DNA from: Phoronis australis
Lineage: Eukaryota > Animalia > Phoronida
DNA: 64,000 nucleotides
Direction of reading: 5' to 3'
NCBI GenBank assembly: GCA_002633005.1
Contig: NMRA01000012.1
Location: forward strand, 2,049,992-2,113,991
Shown: in pieces, positions 24,827 to 35,900 of the stretch
How positions within the stretch are numbered: position 1 is the first letter of the stretch
Layout: every line of letters begins with the position of its first letter
Made by a program: the position numbers and the translations under genes
The notes under the pieces: generated by a model
Told to the model about the DNA's origin: nothing
Seen by the model: the letters and a program-made list of their open reading frames with translations, nothing else
The model's database searches: none

Positions 24827-27707
24827 ACATCCAGTGGTTCCGTCCAATTCAACAGGCAGCTATCTGTGGTCGGTGCTTTCAGAGAGAGAGAGAGAGGATT
24901 ATAGAATATTCAGCTTTTAAAAGAGGATTTATTTTTGTCACTAATTGAAACAACTTTACCTCACTTAAACAGTGTTGGTAATTATCAGCTTCCAATACTG
25001 TTTGTCTCATTGAAGTTGCCTTAAATGGAGTTCACGTTCTTTTTGCTTGGTCACAACTATTTAAAAGTTTTCTTAGGTTTTTGTTCAGTTTTATTTTCTG
25101 GTGACTTGGACCTAATATGGAACAGTCATTCCGAATTAATCACTGTCCACAGCATCTGTTCTTTCCACTTCCTTCAAAACAATGTAATTTGTAGACATTA
25201 CAGTGTGTCTCACAAGATTTGCCCATAAATAAGTGCTTTATATTTTGAAATTGAGAAAATAACAAAGCATTTAAACCGCGTTTTTCTTATAATTGTGTAC
25301 AAATAGCGATTGGTTACCTATCAGGAGCCCAATTTCTCTCGAGTAAGCTAACTGCTGGACTCATCTTTCATCTGGGCATTGAGCGAGGACTCTGCTCAAA
25401 AGCCTGTTAAAATCATGTGGAGCAGAGATGGTAGCTTTGAAGTTCCCACCATCTATGAGTGCCTTGCCCTGCATGACTACCAAGGGCTACTCAAACTTTG
25501 CCAAAGGTCAACCCTTGATGTCACATGTTCAAGAGTTGCCGCTCAGTGCCCCGATGTAGGATCAAAAGTAACTTCGAGAGCTAAGCTTCTCGAGGGAAAT
25601 CTGGCTGTTGATGTGTAACTATGGCTATTTGTTACTCTAAGTGCCAGTAGTAGGAACATTCAAGTTGGTGGTTAAGTCTTGGTTTTAAACATTGTTCACA
25701 TGTGTATTGTTCATTTTGTAATTGATTTCCTTACATTGCATGTGTAATTTTTTCTTCTGTTCCATGCCAAACATACTGTGGTATGTATTCTGCAGTCTCA
25801 TGGTCGTTGTAATGAGGATTTCTACTTGATGTGTAGTCATCACAGTGGGAAATTGCTAGTCAGTTTATGGATTATTTTTAGTGTCTACTGCAGATTGGTG
25901 AATCACTAGGAATTGGAAAGTAGGGCCAGTATTCAGTGCAGTCAGTTATAATTGTTCGTGTTTACTAATGTTCCAGATGCAAGGTTTTTGTTCATCTGCT
26001 AAAATTATGTTTATTCAGTAGTACAGTGCTTCCGGCTCCATCCAGGTACTTTGAGGTAGTGGTGGACTTCCCCTTTTGGTAGAATTGCTATACTTTCTTC
26101 AAAACAAGATTCGAAATTGTTAATATTAAAAGCCAATTTATTCTTTCAAAGCCCAATTGTACCACATTAGTTGTAAGATTTCATCATTTCTCAAATATTA
26201 AAGCCTCTAAGATCAAAGTTTGTGGACTTATTGTTTGCCCTGTGAATTATCCGCATCACACTGCATTGTGCAAGTGTAGTATGTAAGTTGGTTTATAATT
26301 TACTTCATTTTTACAACCACGTAAACATTCATTTTACTCAGCTGTGTTAGGTGCTAGTCATCGGTTATGATCGTCATTTACTTTTAGTGCAGTGTCGCCA
26401 TGAAAAACGTTATTGTAGATGTTTTCAAATGTAGCATGTTGAAAAGTCTAGATAGAGTAGAATTCATGCATTGCTTCTGCGCCTCATCAAATTATTGCTA
26501 TTAGAAGTTGGATTTTTTTACTTTAATTTATTACTGCCCAGTGGTTTTAAATGAGCAACAAGGCATCAAGGTTTGTGGTTTTCAGTTTAATCTTTGGGTT
26601 AACATTTTGGTATTTTCTAAACTGCAGCAGCATAGTTTCCTGACTTTCGCATTTGTTCAAATGAAAATGAATTTATCCAAAATTATATTTCTTTAATAAA
26701 GTTGGACTGTGACATCAAAGTATTCTCTTATTTTCAAATTCTAACAGCGTTTGTTAAAACACGCAGGCAAGTGCATGAACTAAACCAACAATAACATAGA
26801 ACTAAGTCGGAGTTGAGCACTAACCCAACTTGTGTTTGTCCAACTTGTGTGAGTTTTGCTGTTTCCCAGATACTGAATAAATTGGTAAGACTGGAAATGC
26901 TGATGCTAGCTCTTATCTAATTGGTGAATTCTTCAAAAAGAAATCGAAAATGATGCTAAAATCCATTACTGGTGATAAACAGCAAAACAAAATTGGGAGA
27001 CCCACATCTATACAAAGTAAACCAAAACCCAGCGATTTGAGTTTCCACTCTTAAGCATAGGTGTGCCAGATCATCAAGAACAAGTTATAAGTCCAGGTTA
27101 TCTGTTATCAGTGTGAACATAACCTACCTCCCGCATGGGCAGTGCAACTCGGAGTACACTGTAAATTTGCATATTTGATGCGTAGCCTACTGCGGCTTTG
27201 ACTTCCAACTTGTTGTCGGCAGTCAGGGCCACTTTTTGACAAAATTTGATTTTGGCAAAAAATTCATGTGACACATGCTATTCCACATGGTGCAGCGTCA
27301 ATTTGTTACTCTTTTTGGGAAGAGGTGTTGGAAGCAATTGACTCGACTGCACTTGCTAAACTGCACCAAATACATTTTTGTGGTATTATGCAAGTCTTAG
27401 TGTAAAGTTATTTTTAATCAAAAATTTCCTCCTTGTCACAGCTCCATCTTATTTTGAGCCTTTATTTAAGTAATTATATAATACTTTATTTTCATACTCT
27501 TCTAATTGTACACATCAGCTTTGTATTTTACTTTACATCATTTCTGATTGGGCCACTTGGAATTCGGCCGATTCACTGAAGTGGTTACACAGTTTTTCAA
27601 ACCAGTTTAAATAATAATAATAACAATAACAGTGGGACATGCAAACAATTACTGACACTGATCATTGTGCACCGTGAGAGTTTAAATCAAACTTAACACA
27701 CCTTCAG

Positions 27708-27850
27708 CCATGTAATCATTACCATGTAATCATTACCATGTAATCATTACCATGTAATCATTACCATGTAATCATTACCGTGTAATCATTACCATGTAAT
27801 CATTACCGTGTAATCCTTACCATGTAATCATTACCATGTAATCCTTACCA
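27708..27850. repeat. 14-bp tandem repeat (ccatgtaatcatta) x10 in the GST 3' UTR
   Basis: Ten near-identical units read directly; the array begins about 10 nt after the GST stop codon. Confidence 0.95.
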
Positions 27851-27859
27851 CTACAGACT

Positions 27860-30800
27860 TCACAATTTAGACATCCCTTCAAACATTGGCTTCATCTTAT
27901 AAACCAGAAAGTGGGCCTCGTCATAATATGGATTGAGTTGTTGCCGTACTCTCTCCAAGTACTGGTCAAGAATGGGGTGATTTTTGCGGAAATCGTAGCC
28001 AGCGGCAATTGGTTGCATAAGTTCACATGAGCCCAGAACGTCAGCTATAGACAGTTGGTCACTATTCAGAAATGGCGTATCCTTGAGGAAGACATTTTCA
28101 ATCTTGTCCAAACTCTTCTCCAGAAGTTCTCTGTAAAACTCCAGTTTTTCCTCATCAATTGGTGCATTATTCAGACGTGGTTTGATGACCTGAAATGAAA
28201 CACCTGTATGTGTAATGCCACAATCCCACCTCCACAATGAGTTTTTCTCCAATTACAATCAGTTACCTTGCAGACAACTGGAAAACCAGACGTATATACT
28301 CATCAATTTTGTAAATTCACCAGTACACCCTCACAATTCTCCATTTATTTCATGTAAAAATAATTACCATTTTCCAAAAGTAATACATGACAACACAATA
28401 AAAATAATACAACATGGCACAAAGACTGGTAGAGAAAGAGGAATAAACTATAAATAAAGGCACCTGACACTTGCACGGTTTTATGGCGCAGTTGCAGTTT
28501 CGCATGGGGAAACATGCCATTTCATGCTCTGGTTTTGCGCTATTTCACACATAATGTAAACATGGTTCACAACAGAAATGGGTCACAATGGTATGGTAGG
28601 ACACGCCAAAGGTTACGTACTGTGCACGCCTCCATCAATCACAGCACGTGAACATTGATACCATGATGGTATGTAAAGACACGCACAGTCGCCAGTCCTC
28701 ATGTGTACGCCATGACTTATTCATGTATGATTCACGTTTGCTTCCTGATAATCAATACGTGCCAAATTTTTTAACATTTTGAACTTCTCTTTACGACATG
28801 ACACGTTCTCGCACATTTCAAATACAATTCACTCTCATTCCCGAGAAAATTTAATAATTGCAAATTCAAATTGCATGCCACACATGCCATGAGTTTGTGC
28901 ACGTGCCAGGGGGGTTCAAGTATGACAAATAAGGCCAACAAAGGTACAAGTAAAAAGATTAAAAGTGAAATATTGATCATGACTTTGTTTGCATCTGCAA
29001 TCAGATTGTTACCAATCTGTAACCTATTTATCCAAAATTTATCACTGCAAATGTATAGCGAGTGATTAACGTCACTGAATGCACTCCAGGCTAACCTTTG
29101 TTTGAAAGTATTGGGCCGAAGGTAGTCTTGTGTTGAACTGATGCCAACATATATACTCCTCAATCCTGGCTCTCTTCTGCACGTCCTGGGGATACCAGTG
29201 ATCAGGTAGACGTAAGGTTGTGCTCAGGTATTTCATTATGGCAACACTGTGGATAGAGAACACACTGACTGTACACTGGACAGTGCAAACCGACTACCAA
29301 GACAGGCCTAGCTCACAATTGGTATCGATATTGATGTGGTTAGGATCTATATAGGAATGATGAAGTGAGACTTTCGAGAACAATCTGGCCAAATGCACCA
29401 CCAGTTGCACACAGCAATATTGATAAGACCTCGCCCATTTACAAACATCACCGTAAACAACACAACGACCACTTAGGATATCTTCAGATTCGTTACAATC
29501 AGAAAAATCAGCAAAGAAAGTTCTTTAAAAAAATTGACCCAGAACTGGTATTTTTGCGATACTGACATGACGAGTTCTGTGTAATAGTAGTCCTGCATTG
29601 AGACCTCAAGTCATAAAACACTTGGCCTTGGGTACATTGGTTCACAATAGATTATGTATGAAAATTACAAAGAGATAATTTTTTTAATTCACATTTCAGA
29701 TTTCACTCTCATGAGCCTCCGGGTTTGATATATGGAGTGATACTAGACACAGCACACTATGACCAACACTATGGAAAAATACGCAGTGACTGGGCACACC
29801 AATGGTAAAAATTGCATAATGTAGGACAGTTACATCTGATGCATGACCAAATACAGGACCTCTTTAAACAGAGCTCTTTTCAAGCTGAAACATTTCGATG
29901 ATTTAGCGCCACTTAATCTATCAAATTTCCTAATCGTAAATAATATATCTATCATTTAACTAATTGAACAAATACTGTATTTGTTTGAGAAACTGAAATT
30001 CTTGTTTGTCTCTGCACACTGATAATTATTTGCAAAGTAAACTATGTTAGCACTATGACGTCAATAGCACTCAGTATTTGTATCGGATTAACCTGACCTT
30101 TTTATGTTACTATGATGGTTTATTATGGAAGCCGAGCCAAGATCAAAATTTAAGTAGATTTTGTGGTCTTTTATTTAACAAGCAGGTTGTTGACATTCAA
30201 CAATTACAGTACATGAAAGGAGTTTGATGTTAGCACATAGAATGCCCAGGAATAGCACAAATTAATTACCATACTTCATCAACAGCAAATCAGAAGTGAA
30301 CCTTATGAAATTGTATACCTTTCTGTCAGCAAAAATCCTCCATGGTCGATAGCTGGTACCAATTGGAAGGGGTTAATTTTCTTATATTCTTCTGTCAAAT
30401 GTTCTCCTGCAAAGAAATTTAATCAATATTTATTGATAAAAGAGATTTGTCACAGAGACAAGTTGAACATATAATAACTGCTAGCCATGTTCAAAATCTA
30501 TTCATTCTGGTTTTACACATTTGGCACCGCCAATTAGGCAATTACAAATGCACAGATCGTTAAACTGCAATAAATCAAGTTTGAAGTGATAATGAAATAG
30601 CCATTATAGTGCAGTGTGTATATCATGAGAAGTTAAAAATGCAAACATGCCACAGAAAAACCTTCAAGGTTATGTAGGACCTCATCGTCATGTCTGTGAA
30701 TTCAGCCAAATATCTGCAAAACTAGAGATTTTAACTAATTAGTAAAAGTATATATTTTCTTTAAGTGGAAAGCCTGCAGTATTGGCTTTTGACTTTTTAA

Positions 30801-32747
30801 CACTCTAACCATTGAAGCATATGACCATGTCTTTTTGAAATGTAAGTTGACAGCAAAACATTGGAATCAACATGACCAAATTTCATTCACTATGAATGTT
30901 CGAGATGAAATCTCAAAAACACTGAACAGTTTTTTAAATTACCTATCATTTCTTTAAACAAATTATCATTTTTTTTCCATAAAATCATAAAACACCTATG
31001 AATTATAACCCCTCAAAAGCAGAGCATTTTAAAAAATATTCCTATCAGCATGATAGAGATCTATGTATAAAGTAGAGTATCTGTTATGCAATCGTTACCA
31101 TTCACACAGACACTTAGAACAGTTACAATACAATACTTCATGGTTTTAGTCACTAGTCACCAGTACAATCGCTTTACGATTCACCACAGTCAGGTTGACT
31201 AAATAAGCTGATATTTGCCATTTACCACAATAGCGTTCAACGATATCACTGGTGGATATTTGTGACAACAAGGCTCGTCACTCAAATAATCATGTTTTCT
31301 ATTCACCCGACAAAGTTTTCAATGATCGCATATTTATCACGGGTTACATGCCATGTTAGTTAAATGAGATTTTTACTATTCACAGGGCAAACTTTCAATG
31401 ATTGCATTGGTTAATAACCGTAAATACTGAAAACATCACAAACTTGACTGACAAACGTGAATCAAGTTTTTGCTATTTACCTGACAAACATGTCGGCTCT
31501 CATCTACTAACATTATCGCGCAGCTGCATGAGGTTAGGGACACTAAAAAAATAATTTGTTTGACTGGGACTAAGATTTGGCTATAGGCCGGAAATGAAAA
31601 ATTGTTCGTGCCAAAACCGTGGGGTTGGCTGCATGGTGATAAGAAAACAGTGACCAATCGATGGCTTCAGGCTCAGCGTTGACTTGGCTACAGGCGGGAG
31701 GGAGAGGTGAGGGGTGTTGGCCATGGAATCGAGTTAAAGAGTCATTTTGCCGGTCGAGTTAAACAGTTATTTTGCCCTATCAGTGATATAATTGTTTGGA
31801 TAGACATTTTGGTGACATGACGTCATATCTCCCAGTGCGAGCAGTGTAAAAATGGCCAGTCAGTGCAGATTTGGGCAACTGAACTGGTTACGGGAGTATT
31901 CGTTCGAGTTGAAAGGAAGTAACGACATCAATGGCCTCCTAAGATGTTTTTCTTCTATGCACAAAAGGTACTTATAGCATCATGACATTGATGCCTTTCT
32001 AAATCACTTGCAAAGTGGCAATTGCCTCTGGTTGAATAGTATGGACGCTCGGCTATCACACATGCAATGCGGGTTCAAGTCCTAGTGTCAGCAAAATTTT
32101 TTACATTGGCGCCCAATGACAATGTGGGGCAAAACCCACGACAAATCCTGATGTGTAAATAGATGTTCAGAGTGGCAGATGGAGAGGGGACCGGCCTAGT
32201 AGTGGTGGATCCAGAGCTGGGATCTTGCTGAAATCTGCAGCCAGGAGGTGCGCCAGTTCCATGAAAGGGGGAGGAGTGCGGTCAGGCGTGACTTCAGGGT
32301 GTGACATACAAATGCATAAAGCCTCTCTAAATGATCGCTTGCCTGGTGCAGTAGTAGGCAACTCTTCGCTGAGCCGATAGACACTCAGCTCTCACCCATG
32401 CACCTTGGGTTCAAGTACAGAAACACAGTGAGGTACAATTCGCCGAAAAGCTTCTGGCGTATGAAGACCCTATGGAAGCATCACCGTCTCTACTGCAGTA
32501 GAGTAGAGACGGTGCACTGTCTAGCATAGCCCAAGCCCTAGGCTATGACAGGCCTATGCCATCATCATCATGGCATATTCATAGGCAGTTCAGTTTTGAA
32601 TTCTGTAACTGTTGACAAGGTAAAAGGAAGCGTGTTACCTTTCCTCAGCGCAATTTTTTTGTCAATGAAAGAAATGTTGTTGATCTTTAAAAAGATAAAA
32701 ACAGATCGAGAAGGTTGTGACATCAAATCATAATACACTTTCAACAT
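27860..32747 (-). CDS. GSTT1: Glutathione S-transferase theta class, 225 aa, 4 exons
   Basis: Exons (minus) 32747-32639, 30406-30319, 29246-29096, 28189-27860. Introns are GT-AG and the total is 678 nt. Translation: MLKVYYDLMSQPSRS (catalytic Ser motif), INPFQLVPAIDHGGFLLTESVAIMKYL, DHWYPQDVQKRARIEEYICWH, FLNSDQLSIADVLGSCELMQP. Internal exons of 88 and 151 nt match vertebrate theta GST exon sizes as I recall them. The symbol denotes the class, not proven 1:1 orthology. Confidence 0.93.
30667..31085 (+). mobile_element. MITE family A, 3'-truncated copy in GST intron 1
   Basis: Starts aggttatgtaggacc and is colinear with the 21412 copy (agccaaata, tatattttct, catgaccaaattt, aaatctcaaaaa). Confidence 0.65.
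31905..32515. mobile_element. Partial copy of the same foldback family in GST intron 1, interrupted by SINE-like insertions
   Basis: 31908-31990 matches 33647-33725, and 32445-32495 matches 33755-33806. Confidence 0.6.
32023..32162 (+). mobile_element. tRNA-derived SINE remnant
   Basis: Degenerate A-box region and B-box GGTTCAAGTCC (~32072) followed by a non-tRNA body. A second head fragment with GGTTCAAGTAC lies at ~32408. Confidence 0.5.
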
Positions 32748-32925
32748 GATGCTGCACCGGCGTCGACGTCGTCACAGTTTTCAGGGATCTTTTGCTATTT
32801 CTTAAAGGGATCAAAGTTCAAGGTCGATAAATATGGGTCAAGCACTTGCGGACCAATGATGTAAAAGATGACTGATCGACAACCAATCACTTGCTCGATT
32901 GTAAGTCAGGGAAATTTAAAACAAC
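32748..32925. promoter_or_regulatory. Bidirectional promoter between GST-theta (-) and MYO19 (+)
   Basis: The divergent ATGs at 32747 and 32926 are separated by 178 bp. There are two CCAAT boxes (gaccaatg ~32850, aaccaatc ~32881), a CpG cluster (ccggcgtcgacgtcg), and a YY1-like AACATGGCG over the MYO19 start. Confidence 0.65.
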
Positions 32926-35900
32926 ATGGCGAACGTCTTGAAGTTGTCGCAAGCTTTACCTTTGGAGAAAAATACGTATAGGCATAAGGTATTTTAATGA
33001 AGTGAGACAGTCAAAGTGTCCATGTTGCGTCAGTAATGTTTGTATAAACAATAGCTGGATTATTTAGGAATACAGTAGCCCTAATAGTCTGATTTGGTTG
33101 ATTGTGTACATATGTTCCGTTGTTTACTCTACAAATTTAGGGCTATTTAGGCAATGACCATCGCCTCTGCTGGCTCTACCAACAGAGGCGATGGTCATTG
33201 CGTACATTCAAGTCAAATGTCAATTTAGTAGACACATAGACAGTGACCACAGTGACTAGCTAACCCCGGTATAGACAGCGACCACTGTCTCAAGCTGGCC
33301 AGTAGAGACGGTGTAGCTCTAAGCCAAGGGCTTCATACACTGGAAATTTTTCTGCAAATTATGCCTCACAGCGACTAAACATCAACTCAAAGTCATGTTG
33401 TTATAAATAACTTTTGCGCATGGAGCCATAGAGGACACCTTAGGGCTTAGGCCGATGTCTTTAATTCCTTCCAACTCTAATAAATTCTCCCGTTATCAAA
33501 CTTTTTCATCAAGCAGTTGATCCTTCGTTCAGTTGCCAAAATCGGAAGCTGGCCATTTCTAACACTGCGCGCAGCAGGTGGTATGACGTCATTCCCCTGG
33601 CAGAACTTCTCGAAGAAAAATTTTGATAATGGGAGTATTTGTTTGAGTTGGAAGGAATTAAAGACATTGATGGCCTCAAGGTGTCCCTCTTGCGCAAAAG
33701 GTACTTAGTCACAAAGTGACTTTGATTTCCTAATCAGTGTCAGGCATAATTTGATGAAAAGCTTCCAGCGTATGAAGCTCCTATAGCAGCTACGCCGTCC
33801 CTACTGATCCAGCTAAATGCAGTGGTAGTGGTCACTGTCTTGCCCCGGTAGAGACGGTGAAGCTCCTATGGGAGTTGTTAGATGTTTTCAGCATGACAAC
33901 CACTTTGTTTTGTTAGGGTGAGCAAACCACTACTATGGTCGAAATGCAGCAAGAGCATTCATTTGCCATAATTCATAGTTTTCACAAGCTCACAGCAAAC
34001 CGTGGAAAATGAGCCATCAAAATGTTTGAGCTTCCCATTACAAAAAATGGGGACTTTAATGAATATTTTTGAAAAATTAAAAAGTAATATGAGTACTCAC
34101 ATTTTTCACTCACCTTAAGTTCTTGTGACTTCAAATTTTCTGCTGCTGAATGACCATTACTGAACCAATTTTAATGGTATACATCAAACTATGTGCAAAA
34201 ATACTGCTTTCAATCCTCAATGTACACGTTTTAGTTTTTTGTTTTACTTTACTGTCTTACCACTTTCTCACCTGAAAAATCGTGAAAGTGTACAAGCAAT
34301 GTCATAATCACTAATTCACTTGTCATAAAATTCCAGTTTATTTCACCTTTTCCATTTAGGAACTCTTCCAAAAAGGTAAACTTAGTAATTTTCCAAGTAC
34401 CATGATGACCTTGTTAGGGTTCAAGCTAAACTCAAACCTGACTAGTTTGTTTAAGTCTTATAGTACAATTTATTTATGTTTAATCAAAGGTACACACCGT
34501 TTTATGGTATGCTCTATAATTATGATTGCAAAAACAATAAATATATCTTACTTGGAAAAATAATTCACATACCCACACAGGATTTCAAATAAATGACACA
34601 ATGAAAATACTCCTTTTGAATTTTTTTAATTTTTTTTTAATTTCATTTTTTGCAATTGTATCAAAATTTGTTTGTTGTTCATAAGAAACATTTTACAAGA
34701 CCGTAGTACTTCTTAAAGTGTCCAGTCATTTCCAATGTGATAAGTTGTTCTCTTTCAAAACAGCCCTTGTCCAACTTAGCTTCATGGGCAAAAATGTCTT
34801 GTCACAAACAAGTCAATGATGAAGTTTTCAACTATTGATCTTCTTCCTGCAAAATAGTTTGTGGTTTGGTGGGACACCAACCTTGTTTAACTCCAAACTG
34901 GTGTTTCAGTGCTGTAGTTTCATGTTTTTCATTTTTTTAAAACATCAGAAGCGAAATAAATGCCATTACTTTAATAATGTGATGTGCCACAAGAATGTCC
35001 CCATTTAAAATGTTTGGACCCGTTTCATTCTTTTCTATGTGCGTCTTAATATGGAGTAGCAGTGACACCTGTTGCCAAAATATAAACCACACATCTGCAT
35101 TTTTCTTGTGTTGGAAACTGCAGCTTTGATGACTCGTACAGAATATCAAGCTAGTTAAGGTGATATGATAAACTTTATAACAGCAATTTGACTTGAGATC
35201 ACCGAAAAACAGTGCACTCATTGTTCAACCAATATCTGTAATACCTGTTTGGTAAGCTATTTGGTTGTTTTCGTAAATTTAGACATAAAAGTCTTGATCC
35301 ACACAGTTTTTTAGTAAAAAAGCTCACTTCAAGGGAGCAGTTTTTGTAACTTAGATGTAAAAGCCTTGTTCTACGCATTTTTTGTAGGGGTTTACTGGCT
35401 AATGGTTGTGGGGATGGGGGTAAATAATGCATCATTGGAATCATGGACACCCTGGAATATTGGGAACCCCATTTTGGACACCCTATTTTTGAAATCCTGG
35501 ATAGAGCCCTGTGTGATGTCTATGCCGTGTTGTTAACATATTTTTAAAGGACCCTCCATCTTGTTTCAGCATAACAGTGAACAATGGTTTCCCAAATATA
35601 CTGTTGGCATTTTGTGTGGCCTGAAATTAAGGAGTGCTGTTTGCTAAAAGAAGACTTGCTTTGAGGCTCTAAAATTGAAATAACTCGAGAACCGTCCAAT
35701 TTGATGTCTAAAGCTATCATTTGAAACTATTTTCAAGTGTTCCTGGTGAATACTGCTTTGCACACCCTAGCAAAATGTAGATGACCATTAACAGTTGTCC
35801 AGTGCTGTGAATAGTTCAGCTGGTACTGTTGCAGTTTTGTTTGAATTCTCTTGACTATGTTTTGCTATCTATTCTCGATCTGTTTTTTGTCTCTGGTAAG

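Noticed and set aside
32023-32095. Functional tRNA gene
   Set aside because: A B-box is present but I could not build an acceptor stem or cloverleaf; it fits a SINE head.
32748-32925. Nrf2 antioxidant response element at the GST promoter
   Set aside because: TGAC half-sites exist, but I found no complete TGACnnnGC in this interval.
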